A DNA stretch of 61,727 nt, filler included, from Choristocarpus tenellus KU-1152 (lineage: Eukaryota; Protista; Phaeophyceae), in NCBI GenBank assembly GCA_964200185.2. It is 10 parts of 10 records of this genome, joined end to end, with 100 filler letters (N's around TTAATTAATTAA, not from the genome) between each part and the next. Parts side by side here need not be neighbours in the genome. Positions count along the whole stretch, not along the records: positions 24,209 to 32,189 come from CAXNAD020005309.1; positions 32,290 to 38,979 come from CAXNAD020007558.1; 8 more parts are not named here. The stretch is one strand, 5' to 3'. Positions 24,209 to 36,945 of this stretch are shown one piece after another. The stretch's first letter is position 1, and every line of letters starts with the position of its first letter. The position numbers and the translations under genes were made by a program. The notes below the pieces were generated by a model. That model made no database searches. It had not been told where the DNA came from and worked only from the letters and a program-made list of their open reading frames with translations.

Positions 24209-27200
24209 GCCTTGGTCGCCCTCTCCATCCTCCCCAATATCTTCCCCCCCCCCACCTCTCCCCTCCCCATCATCGTCATCATCATCATCATCTTCCCCAT
24301 CCCCATCCTCCTCCTCCTCTTCATCATCCCCCCGAACAGCATCCCTCAGCATCCCATCAGCATCCTCCTCCTCCTCCTCCTCATCCACATCATCTTCGTC
24401 ATCATCATCATTGTCATCATCCTCGTCTGTATCTCCGTGAATCTCTTGGATCATTACATCACCCTGGTTGCTGTCATCTTCTTCATCCTCCTCACCCCTA
24501 TCATCATCCTGCAATGAGTAAGTTGACGTAAAGAGATAAGTAGGGATGTGGACAAGAGAAATCAGTACACAGAGAGGCTCAGAGGCAGGCCAAACTTTGG
24601 ATTATTCGACAGAAAATACCACACTTGTCCAGGTATAATGACATATGGAGTAAGCCAAAATTAAGCCAAAATGCGGAAAGTGCAACATCCAGATAACCTC
24701 AGCATTCAGCCAAGAAATATCCGAACACTGTGACAAATGGTGGACTTCAAGCCTTTTCATAAACCCAACTAATTTTCATACCATTTTACTGCAATCCGCT
24801 TCCCCTTCAATCTTATATTAGTCCAAGGGCATTGTCTATACAAATTACAGCTCTCAGGCTACTGAAACTTTGTCTAGATTTCGCCAGACCTAGAGTCAAA
24901 ATAATTGATTGCATTTGACACTGGTGTGCAGGAGACTTATGTCAAATACGGGGCAAACTCAGGTCACAAATTGCTCTTCCTCCTCCCTCCCAGCCCCACC
25001 TCATCCACCTCAACCCCTGAGTCAGACCCAGATGACTCCATTGCTGCGTTGGGCTGATCCATGTCAATGTACCGCTCCACCTTGGGGTAACCACATACAG
25101 CAGCGAGGAAATAATGCCATCAAACAACACAACCAACAGGGAAGGGAGGCAAAAAACACTGTAACACACATAGCACAACCAAGCTAACAGGCCATTGCAC
25201 AGGCCACAGCACACCCATCTCAAAGCTCTGAACCACACACAACGAGAGGTTGATACAGCTTGAAAACAAACACCCAGCAATTGGATTCAATCACTCATCC
25301 TCAAAAAGTCAACAATAATATTGACCACACCCTTGCATTAATGCGTGGCCCTTAATAAACCCAACCTTTACCTCCATGTCATCATCTGTGTCCTGACTAT
25401 ACGCCTCAACAGACATGTGGTGGTGGCGGTGGTGGCGGCTCTGTGTAGCCTCCACCTCTTCTTGCATCTCTGCCACCATCGAACCCAGATCCATGTCCAC
25501 AACCATTCTATCCTCAGGCACTCCAGTCACAGTCCCACCACCAAAAGCCTGTTTGAGTCGCAGGAGAAGGGCACAGTCTGAGTATGTGGGTTGGGCAAGG
25601 GGAACTCAGCTATTGCTACAGTATGCATGGTAGGGAGATGGAGGGAGACCTAACATCCCAAATTGTACCAAAACAAGAATATTTAAGTTGCCCTACAAAA
25701 AATTACTGAGCAGCTTGGTCAGCTAGCATTCAGTATATAGTGCAACAGATAATTCTAGCCTATGAAAACTTACACCATTTGCTACAGTTTCAGTTGAAAC
25801 ATAAAAAAGTATTGCTCGATATGAAGTACTTTGTTGCTCAGCACTATCCTTATGCACAGGTAGGGCACAAAATGGAAATATAGTAAGAGGAGGGAAACAG
25901 ACAACTGGATGCATCTCTCAAGAACACATTAAGCCAAACGCACTCATGCACACACAACTTGCACACCTCATCAAGCATTGCATCATCATCAGCGAAGCTC
26001 AATGAGCCCTCCATGCGTGCGCATGGTTCACGTCTTTCCTGGGAGCTCCCAGCGGCACCTACACCTGGAGCAGCATTGACCCCAGTTCCTATGGCTGCGA
26101 AAAAATTTAATATGAAGGGTTGAAGTTATTACAAAATCTCAGCATGAATCTAGCTTAAAATGCCACCATAAGTTTGTCCGCACCCGAAGATATACAACGT
26201 ATTTGCAAGGGTGGAAGGAGAAGTGCGACAACCAATAAATCGAATTTGTCTTAATCTTAATGTATGAGAAATGCCTCCTCTTGAGCTGCGCTAATTTCAT
26301 AACAACATGTGTCCCAGCATGATGCATACAACAAAAAAGTCAAGGGAGCAAGGGTAGGAATAAGAATTGTAGAAAAATGCCTGTTTTACCGACACGGTCA
26401 AGAGCATACTTCTTTTGCAAGTGTCAAGTCACAGTGACAATCAACGCTTCACACACATAAACTTGAGATGCAATTAAAAAAACCCAGTAGGTCTACAACC
26501 ATGTGATACAAAATGTCCAGCACAAACAATAAATCGAACTCTACCTGCTGTGTCATCCGACACAACTACAATCATCAACGATACGTAGACACACAATTAC
26601 ACAATAATAATAATATATACACAAACACATCTCAAATCTTTGAAAGAACAACCCTACACTAAATCAATGATTGTGTCCCACAAACTTCACAGAGGACCGG
26701 AGAGCAAACATAGAGAGATCCAACAACAATGAACACTTCACCTCCTGCAGTGGCTCCCCGACCTCGGGACCCTTGTCCACTGCCAACAAGTGCCACAGCC
26801 CCTGCCCCCCCCCCTGCACCTGGTCCGCTGCTCCCACCACTCCCACTCCCACCTCCTCCACCAGTTCCTGCTCCTGGACCAGGCCCCATTGCAGTTCCAG
26901 TCCCTGCACCTGATCCACCTAAGGACCTGGATGCAGCATCTGCTGCAGCACGTCTCCTTGAAGCAGATCTTGTCAAGGTTCTGCTCCCTGTGAGTGCCGC
27001 AGATCCAGGCGTGCCACTCCCAGTCCTGGCACCCCCTGCAGCACTGACACTAGGGGTGACATTGCTGTCACGGCGCCGTTGCCTGCCACGTCGTGAAGGT
27101 GTAACTGTCGATCCTGTAGCACCAAAGCTCACACCTGTAGCGCCTGCTATGGTGCCTGTGGAGGAAGAGGTGGTTGTGGCAGGAGTGCCAGCCACTGTGC

Positions 27201-30200
27201 TACCCATGGCTGCTGTGTTGGTGGGGACTGCGGAGCTATTGATACGTTCTCGCTCCTGGTCTTTGGCCTTCATGCGGCGAATGTTCTCAGCCACAGAGGA
27301 TCTGAGATGTAAGGAACACATCATCATGTTGAAGAATGGGGAAGTACATTTGGTACTAGAGGCTTCAAGGGAAATCATGAATGGAGGGAGGATGTACAGG
27401 TGAGAGTTAAGAAAAGGGAATAGGGCTGGGGTGGGGTGGGGTCTATGGTAACATCCATGTGACATGGTGAACTTCGAAATTGCAGCCTATCACTATGTGA
27501 AAAAAACATGGTAAAGCTTCTCCAGAAGTAGACAAAAAATACACCTAAGTAAGAAGACAAGACTGGACAGTGGGAGGACATATTCTAGAGTGTTGTGCAC
27601 CAAGGTACAGAGCCACAGGAAAGTAATCAGGATGCTAAAATATACTGAAAGCTCAACTAACATGGAAAAAACAACTCCAACATCTCAGAAATGCCCTGTT
27701 AAGGATGGAATACTGAAGCTCTCTTGATGGACTTTGCCCTGCAATAATGATAAGGTGGACCAAATATTTCAAGCACTGTACATCCACCATTCTAAAGTCA
27801 TCAGACCAAGTGTTTCAAAACTCTGTCCATACAAGGAGTTGTCAATAAAGTCTACTGACCTGGTGAGCATCTCTAAGGGCCGAACAAGAGCTGCAGCACA
27901 GGTAGAGGCGCGTGCATGGTTCAGGTCTACCTTGGAGAGTGCATGTGTTACATTTGACACTGCTTCCAGGTCAGTCAGGGCTCTAACCTGTTGAAGGAGA
28001 GATTATTTTTTTTCCACACAAGGCACAAAGGTCACCAAAAAGCAAGTTAGTGTCTCCCTGTCACCTGCACTATAAGGAATACTAAAAGTGGTGGATCAAG
28101 GCAGGTTGGCTGGCGGTACTGAATCCCTGCTATATTGTTATGGGTGTAAGAGCCTGGTCGGAGAAAGTGGGGGTGAGGAGGGACAGGGGGGAGACTCACC
28201 ACTTCCCATGCCAGTGTCTGATTGGTGTAGTCATTCCCTCCAGTATGCACAGCCCGTGGGGCAGCCAGCCCCAGAACTAGCTCTCCCCAGGCTTGTAATG
28301 CCCACATCTCCCTGTCTGTTCTTGCTCTAAGGTACATGAACAAGGGGGCAGGTAGAGTCAACAGCAATAGAATAAGGTGAGTGCGGCAGTAATTGCTATA
28401 GCAGCGGGAACACAGTACACATCCACTAACATGACTCTCACTAGCCCTATGGGGAGGGGCAGGAAGGTGGGTGGGAGTATGGGGGGGTCCTCAATATGCC
28501 TTTCAGAAAAAAACAATTGAATGCTAGCCCAGCCAAATCACGTCCACTGCAATTTGTGCAATACTCTTTGGTCTATACATGGGACTAAATTTTATTTTGA
28601 AGTATGTAATCCAGAGAACACATTGGTAACTGATCACGACTCAGATCAAGTGTAACATGCATAAAAAGACAAAAGAAAACTCCATCTCTACTCTTGATAC
28701 TTTGCCCAGACAATTTGAAGAAATTTCGCCGAACAACCCAATATGTGGGGTAGTGAGTACTCAAATGTTGATAAGATGTAAGACAGGTACTATGTTCAAA
28801 TAGTCTCAGTCTCAAAACACAGCTATGCCAATATTGTAACACATTGGTTATGTATTGGCAGGTTTCCAAGCTATGAACCATACACGGGTGTGGAGTGGTG
28901 TATGACTCACAGCCTCTAGATATCTTTTCCTAGACAATATTTGAACCCTCTTAAAACATCTTCTCTAGTCTCCAATCGAATCTGACACACCCCCCACTCA
29001 ATAAATTTGTAGAATGGCAGTATGACAGATCACTCCCCATTAATACTTTCTGACTGCACTCTGGAATAGTGAGCAAATCCAGCCAGAGAATCAAAACATT
29101 AATACAAATCAATATTCAAATAACGACAGATTACAGAGCTTCCTGTAATCCACCATCAACAGAACCAAAAACTATCATGGAATTGTATCCTCTGGGGGTA
29201 CAGTGCATGCTTCCCCTGGCAACCAACAGCAGGTATACGTCCTCACCATTGAGCTTATGCACTCGACACTTTTGTGCAATGACAAGTACATATCTAGAAA
29301 ACATTTCCTGATGTGCCTTTATGCCTTTGTATTATCCAAACAACTAACATTACCTGTTCACCCTGGCTACCACTCCTCCTTTTCCACCTTCTCCATCAAC
29401 CTCTCCAAGTGGCATGCAGGCCAATGCCCTGCAGAGCTCTGCCAGAACACGCCTTCGTCCCTCCCCTGCCCGGGCACAAAGAGCAAACAGAAGCCGCGCT
29501 GCTGCCTGAGCTGTTCGCCCCTGCTGGGCTGAAGCGCCCTTCCGGCGCCGGCGCTCCTCCACATCCACAATGCCCCTTTCAAGCACAAATGTGTCAATAT
29601 GTGTGTGTGAAGTAGAAGCATAGTATGGGATCAGTGAAGAAAAATGGTTGTAACAGAAGTGTCAGGTGCACTGGGGTGAGAACAAAGAAAAAAATAAATA
29701 GAACTATCTGATATAGGGGTTTGAAAGAGGTTTGGGGGTGAGGGGACAGGCCAAGGTAGTCCATATGGACATTACACACCACAATGGAGAAAATGATAAT
29801 ACGCAAGAGGTCTTTCAATCAAATACACCAACCACTCTCTTGACTGAATTCACACAATTGTTCTAATCACAAATGAAACCGTACCTAGCCACTGTGTCCC
29901 CTGAACGGGGTGAGGGCAAAAGGGTGTGCAACAAAAATGCCACCACAGTTGGACTTGGTGGCTCAGATCCTGCCACAGCGTGCTGCTGACCATGCAGTAC
30001 TGAAACTGCCTGTGACAGGGCAGCAGAAGAACCTGGGTGCCGGGCGGTGAGGTCGTCCTCAACATGCGTACGCCGTGGTAGACTGGCTGAGCGTTCCCTC
30101 TGACCAAACCTGAGTAAGAAAGAGAGAGATAAGACAGACAGCGCAGCATGAGATTTTCACGGCGATCAAAGCAGAGAGTGTAGCAATGGGTAGTATTGAG

Positions 30201-32146
30201 AACAGGGGGCAGTTGTGCAGATGTTGGGAAGTGAGCGTAGTTGTGGACAAGGGGGAGGTGTAGCAAGCCCTCATCGCAGCAACTCTGTCAAAATGACATA
30301 AAAAATTGGAAACCAATATAAGTCACAACTCCAAACACCAAAGAAGAAATAAGCATAACGCAGACCCCCCCACACTCCCCTTTCGCAACTCCCCTCCAGT
30401 TCCTCCTCACCTGTGGATAGCTGTTGCACATGGTGGTAGGTGCAACACCAGATCCCCCAATAACTCCAGAAGGCTAACTACCGACAAGAATGGCACCTCC
30501 TGTGCTCCTACTTCACCCTGTATTTCCCCTCCATGCTTGGTCCCGGCCCTAGCCCCACCCAGGGTCGCTGGGTCCCTGGGTCCCCGCACAATACCACCCT
30601 GTACAAGCACCAACTCCGTGAGGAGCAGGTCAGTGACAATTGCCCTGAAAAATGCACCATTGCAGAGTGAAAGCTCGTCAAGAAATTGTTAAGAACAGAA
30701 GGACTTGTACATACACTGCAGGTACCAGAAAAATATACCGTGCTTCAAAGGTGATCAGAAGGCTTGGAGGACTCTGGGCAGGTCTGACCAGCACACTGGC
30801 GATACAGCAGTCTTAAATATTTCAATAGTACAACACTAATTGTAACAAAGGCTTCGGCATGTGTCTGTGCAACGAGTCCCTTATCCCCCCCTATCTGAGA
30901 CACCAAATAGCAAAAACAGAAAACCATTAAAAATATAAGTGTAATGCAGATTCAAATTTCCCCCCCCAACAAGACCAAGCAGAGCCTGTCATCAAAATTA
31001 TCTGCTTGAATTTTTGCTCACAGAAAAAGTAGGACACCTACCAAGTAACCCAACACATCGATACAAGTCTCCAACAATATACCCTATTGAGTCTCCTCAT
31101 CTAAACCAGAGCACAGATGACACGACAAGGATGCAGTACAAAGTCACGTAATACCAGATACAATACAAACATGGTCAAAGGTAGAGCAATAGCTCAGAGC
31201 TCAGACAGGGGTAGAATAAAACCTAGCTTCACTATGAGGCATTGAACATAGCAACAAGGGAGCTGACAAGGGACAGAAGGCCCTGTCTGCAAAGGATACA
31301 TCACATTCAAGGACGGGAAAATTTGTAATAGTAACGTGGGAGGCTTGGTTTGATACAAGAGCAGGGTCAAACAGTCAATATTGGGTCATCACAATGTTAG
31401 GTAGAGAAGTCAAAATAGCAAGCACCTAGAACAAAGTGAGCAGTCGATGGGCAATATAATATCTGGAGAGCCTTGACAGGGAGAGAGATGAACAGCAGTA
31501 GAGAGAAGGCAATTAAAATTCCTCACAGAGAACAAGGGAAAGTTCTTGGACAAAACCCCCCTGTTCCACACATACCAGCCGCAAAATAGCAATCAACTAC
31601 ATTTCTTTCTCCTCCCCCACCACTAAAAAACACTCACCGGTTCCGGGACGCAATCGCACTCGCAGACACGCCAGACTCTGTACGCCCCTCACGTTCCCGC
31701 CCCATTGGGCGAACCTCAGTGGAGGATTTCATCTTTGAAGTCACAGGTGTAACTGCCCCTCCATCGTCCTTCGCTGCAGCACTGGCTGAGGACACAGAAC
31801 CCTTTCACCAAAACACATAGAGGGGATTCAGGTGGTGGAATACACGAAAGTATAATGATGTCAATTTTTGGCATAGTGCAGTTCATGATATTGTGGGATG
31901 GAAAAAAAACTACATCCATCATGTGTCCCTGAAACAAGGACGTACACACCCAAACGCCCCACATTTATCTTCCCATTTGCCCACCCTACCAACCTTGCGC
32001 TGGCTTTCACTCCCACGTCCACTCCCACGGTTTTCACCCCGCTCATTTCCTACTCCACCAGTAGGACGGTTAGGAGGAAGCAGAGACACCTGGACGCTTC
32101 CAGAACTGCGAGCGTTTCCGGCTTGTTCAGCACGGGGAAAGGACAA
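24209..32146 (-). CDS. HUWE1/UPL1/Tom1-type giant HECT E3 ubiquitin ligase, internal multi-exon fragment
   Basis: Successive exons: LLELLGDLVLHLPPCATAIHR (~30410-30645), VVAFLLHTLLP (~29885-30110), AARLLFALCARAGEGRRRVLAELCRAL (~29355-29580), ALQAWGELVLGL (~28200-28325), VTHALSKVDLNHARASTCAAALVRPLEMLTR (~27860-27988), a Gly/Ser/Thr-rich exon (~26742-27300), then an Asp/Glu-rich exon (24209-24510). This matches the UPL1/HUWE1 order (...CGRSxEGRRRV..., ...IDLDHP...LExLTR, acidic tract). The HECT domain is not in the window. Confidence 0.85.
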
Positions 32147-33050
32147 GACATTGGTTGCAGCCCTGGAATGTTTTGGGGTGGGTGGGTGGNNNNNNNNNNN
32201 NNNNNNNNNNNNNNNNNNNNNNNNNNNNNNNNNTTAATTAATTAANNNNNNNNNNNNNNNNNNNNNNNNNNNNNNNNNNNNNNNNNNNNGTGGAGGGGGG
32301 TCACTATTTTTGGTCACCGCCCCAGAGCTGGAGGCGAGAATTTCATGTCCGACATTCGTCATTGTGCCGAGTTTGTTCTAAAGTGTCTAAGCATGTAGTG
32401 GACTATCTTTCTAGAGCTCGACCACGTAGCACAAAGCTAACTAATCTGGATTGTCACCACGGTGATCTGTGGCAGGCGCGTGCTCCACCCAGGTCATCGG
32501 TATTTGCTCGTGGGTCCTGCTCGCCCACCCAGTCCAAGGACTGCTCCATTCCCTCATCTTTCATCTCAGAATTATACTCTAGAAATTTTCGATTCTTCCC
32601 CAGCCGCACATCTGCAGTAGTCTTCAGAGAAAGTTCCCCAGGGAGAGAACTGGGTGGGCGAGGCTCACCAAGGTGGGGGATGAATGGAGTTGGTTCACCA
32701 GCGAGTAGGAGGGAGCAAGGAGGGGATATTGCGCACGGGGCAGGGTTGGAGGAAACAAGGATACCATTGGACCATCACCTAGTATCTCACCTCCACGTGA
32801 GGCCTGAGGGGTTCAGTCCTGGTGCACAAGGCCACTTAGTGGATGGTGATGGAAGGTGCGGTTGATAAAGTGTTCACATGCCAAGGTTACGACACAGTTG
32901 AGAAGTATTTCGGATGCGCCTAGTAAGTGGAATTAATGAATTATCTCCTTTAAATGTTTGAATCAGGTAAAAAAAACAAATGACTGGAACATGGGGGCAA
33001 TTCGGAGGGTATGAAGTTGGTTTGAGGTCCTAAGTCTACGCCTAACCCAA

Positions 33051-33276
33051 GAGTTCAATCGTTTTAGAGGGTAGGAGTTTTGCTCTGTTTCTCCGTTCAG
33101 GGCTTGGCTTCCCACGCGTTTCTGTGTGACCAAAGTCGCCTAAAATGTATACGACTCTGTAAGGTGTGCCCGGAGCAAGGATATTGACACTTGCTATCAA
33201 ACACGATAGTCAAAATGAATCAAAATTGCAATGATCCCGAACGAACACCGCTCTACCCTCTTAAATGCTTTGACTC
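33051..33276. mobile_element. MITE family A, diverged and internally deleted, TSD CCAA
   Basis: CCAA-GAGTTCAATCGTTTTAGAGGGTA...TACCCTCTTAAATGCTTTGACTC-CCAA. Confidence 0.9.
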
Positions 33277-33901
33277 CCAAAATATGGGACATTTAAGCCC
33301 CAATTTGGAGTAAATAGTTCATCCCCCGAAGTAGGCCGGAGGCATTCAAAGTATTCAAAGTCCAATCATCCTATGACATATATATGTGGAATGAAAACTG
33401 ATACTCTAATGCATTGGTCAACCTGTTGTAGCACCTTCAACTCACAAACAACGCCCAATAGGGTGCACAATTTATGAAAGGAGAGCATTTCTGTTTTTGG
33501 ATGTATTTTTGTTGTTTGTATAAGACATTTTTTTAACCTATTTGTGACGTGAAACCTGTATCTTTGGAATGCTGATACACAAAAGACTAATAAAATTGCT
33601 TTTGGTGGCTCAAATCATGGTAGTTGGTGGGATAGAACATCTAAAGAAAAATCATGCTTGGAGTACGTCAAGTGTTGCTGGGTCGTCTCTTCATAGTCTT
33701 TTATTGCAATTCAGCCTTGGAGTCATTGGCTTCAACATTATCATTGTTGCTATCTTCCATCATCAGCGCTACCTCATAGTCCTCTTGCAATAGAGGATGA
33801 ACCTAGCTTTTTCACAAGGAGCAAAGATGTGTGCAACCCGATTTATAAGGCTGTAGTGAAACTAGATTGTCATTATCTAAGGCTCTTTCTGCAGTTGTAA
33901 A

Positions 33902-34160
33902 GAGTCAGAGTATCTTAGAGGGTAGAGCTGCGTCCATTTGGGGGCCAAAATCCAATGTTGCGATTTTGATGTAATTTTGGCTATTGTGTTTGTTAGGAAG
34001 TGTCATTATCCTTGTTCTGGACACAGCTTTTCACAACATACACATTTTACCTACTCCGAAACTGTTTTGGAGTAGGTAAAATGTCATAAAAAACCCATGG
34101 GAAGCCAAACCCCAAATGGAAAACAGGGAAACATTCGTACCCTCTATGATACTTTCACTC
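33902..34160. mobile_element. MITE family A, full length, no clear TSD
   Basis: GAGTCAGAGTATCTTAGAGGGTA...TACCCTCTATGATACTTTCACTC. Confidence 0.95.
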
Positions 34161-35365
34161 TGTTGCCTCTGTACCTATTCCCCAGTAATGAAGTATCCCA
34201 AGTAGGAGAAGCTACAGCAACAGTGCTTTTCGAAAGTACTGCAAATTGTCAGTATATCTCATGATCACTTTCTTATCCATGCCTACCACATGTCATTCAC
34301 TGTGGAGGAGCAGCACATGTGAGCATAGTTTACTTGTCTGGTAAGCTCTGGAGAGTAGATGTATATGCCCGGTTTTCTCCTGAAACAATCAATGGATGCC
34401 GTGGCAGTGCTAGTTTTTTCCAATTTCCAAAGAAGAGTCATTTTTGCTAAATGAGTACTCAGGGTAAAGTGCATAAATCACGCCAAATTTAGACATTCAT
34501 CGATATTGTTGTTGTTTGTCATTATTACATGCTTGGGGGGGTACGGAACACTACATGAAGAGAAAAACCAACTTCTACTGAAGGGAACGTTTCTAGAATA
34601 GCCTGTGTGCCAAAATGAGCCAACGAGATTCTTTTGCGTTGCATCATGCCCTATCCCACCAATATTGTCATCGTTGACTCAAAATGTGCCAATGGCAGGT
34701 ATATAGAGATACTGGATGTGGTATTTTAATGGACTTATCTGGTCCAGTAGGGTGAAGAACCATTAGGAATGGGCAGAGTGGTATGCCACATGCTGGGCCA
34801 ATCAAGGTCTGGGAAGATTGGATATGCTTGTATTATCACTTAGATCTACAAAAAAATCTAGTACAAGGCAAACCATACACCTCAAGAACTACCTCCTTCT
34901 TTGCATCCTCCAGGAAGGTCATTCCCTTTGTCACCAAGGGCCCATTTACACACACTACAGGCTATCCTCTTGCTCCTTGTGCACTTCCCTGAAGTCGTTG
35001 TCACCCAAGTGGTTCAGCATAGTCTTAATCTTACAACAGTGCAAAGAGTATTTCCCAGATCTCCATAGGCCTTAACACCAAACTATTGGTAGGCCTTCAC
35101 CAGGTCTTTCACAAAGTCACCAACGGTGTCAGAGAAAAAATCTCCTGCCCTGGCCTGTAGTGACCGGAAGAGCCCGAGGTCCAGAGTGTTCCATTTCGGT
35201 GACTATACAGCTTGGTGGTGCCTCCTGAGGGATAAGGTAAACGTAAACACGTTCGGAAAATGGGTTAAATGACTTCTTTTCCTGATGGATGCGGATAAAC
35301 ATGATGTCGAAGACATACTCTGTGCCATTTTGGGGGGAATTTCTCATCATGAAGGGCATCCTATT

Positions 35366-35476
35366 GACCTTGTCTTGGTCAAAATAATGAGGGTTTGTGA
35401 ATCCTTGGTAAGGATAGACCTTGTCTTGGTCAAAATAATGAGGGTTTGTGAATCCTTGGTAAGGTTTGACCTTGTC
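35366..35476. repeat. Near-perfect 51-bp tandem duplication
   Basis: GACCTTGTCTTGGTCAAAATAATGAGGGTTTGTGAATCCTTGGTAAGG(ATA/TTT) x2 plus GACCTTGTC. Confidence 0.95.
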
Positions 35477-36837
35477 TCCAAAGTATATCTCCTGATCTTC
35501 CGTTCGGTGCCGTTAGCCTCCCCGCCCCTTCCCCTATCACTGGTCGATCAAAGCACAGGGACGGCCCTGATCTTATCAAGTTCCACTCGTGAGGGTTGTC
35601 TTAGCTGTCCCATATGACAAGAGCCTACGCCCATGTCCAGCCCCCCATTGAGGTGCTGTGATGCCACTCTCACCAACTGATCCAATGCGATCTGGGCCAT
35701 TCCGTACTTGAGTGTGATTTGTGTCCAGGTACATCATCGGTAGTCTAAAGTACTGCACAAGGAGGTGCCCACTTGTGAGGGGGGATGTCCTTTGTGTTTC
35801 TGTTCATGTGAAAATGACCTCAAGAATTTGAAATGCTGGTAACTTGCAATCACGCTCCTCAGCATCATCAACACAATCGAACTTTATTCCACCATTTTAT
35901 ATGTTCAGGCTAAATTTCACCCCAATGTGATAGGGTGCTCTACCTTCACCAACACCATTCTCGAGAACGACAAAGAATCAGACTGTGAAACAAGGCTTGC
36001 TTGAAAGCTGAAAATTGGAACTTTAACGTGTATATCACCAAAAGAAAAAGACAACTGCCTTGATAGGCAAGCCGTGCGCTTAAAAATCTAACTGTTTACA
36101 CTACTGGACCAGAGGGAGAACATTTTGTCAGTCATCCTGTGGTCATTTCTGTGAGCGTTCATTGGGGAGGAGGTACTCTATCCGCTACAGAAATTCAAGT
36201 AAACCGGGGTGTTCTCATTCTCGAACAAACATCCCCCCATTCTGTCCATAATATTAAGGTACAAAGTGACTTTGTTCCCAGCCAAATCACCGCGCGGGCG
36301 AGAACAAGTGTCCCACCTTTCAAAGGCCCTAACAACCATGCTGGAGGGAGTGCGTAATGCCAGTGGTCAAAGGCAAAGATCAAAGGCAACGGCGGCTATA
36401 AAGGACATGAGTTCTGAGCCTGGTCTACGATGGGGCATTAGACTAATAGAGTCATTGCAAGGCATTATATCGGAGGAGAGCAAGGTAGGCGGCCCTACCC
36501 CACTTAGAGATTTGGTCAAATTAATGTATATGTGTATTGATTATATACTTGCTGTGCAGTAAAGTAAAGCAACTGCCATAGTTTCATAAAGTACTGAAAA
36601 CTTCAAAGTACTCAGACTTGCGCTGCGCTGAGAGTGGTTGTCAGTCCATGTTGCAACATCACTTGACTCTCTCCCCGAGAGTATTTCCAGGTATTGTTTC
36701 AAAGTACTGTACTCGAGACTACTGTCACTACTACAGTGGATCTCTATTAAGCAAACTTGAAGACAAGTGCAGAGAAGATGCTATAGTGATATGAGTTGTC
36801 AATACCTTTTCATCCAAAAATCGATTTGTCAATTCAG

Positions 36838-36945
36838 GTGTACAGTAAGTGCTTTCATGAGGTTATTCGCCAGGAGCGTGTTGTGTGCAAAGAGAGGGGA
36901 GATCTCATCTCTGTTATGCGGGCCTACTACGTGGGTCTACTCCAG
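36838..36945 (+). CDS. Axonemal dynein light chain (p28-like) domain exon, AXDND1-like; likely next exon 38074-38163
   Basis: VYSKCFHEVIRQERVVCKERGDLISVMRAYYVGLLQ fits Y..CF.ELIRQV...C.ERG.LL..R; flanked by ttcag and gtggg, 108 nt, phase 0. Confidence 0.8.

Noticed and set aside
24212-24517. Ile/Leu-rich membrane-protein-like ORF
   Set aside because: Antisense of the Asp/Glu-rich HUWE1-like exon
26729-27403. 224-aa Pro-rich plus-strand ORF
   Set aside because: Antisense shadow of the Gly/Ala/Thr-rich HUWE1-like exon
32290-32865. 191-aa ORF at contig start
   Set aside because: No recognisable domain on either strand and no ATG start
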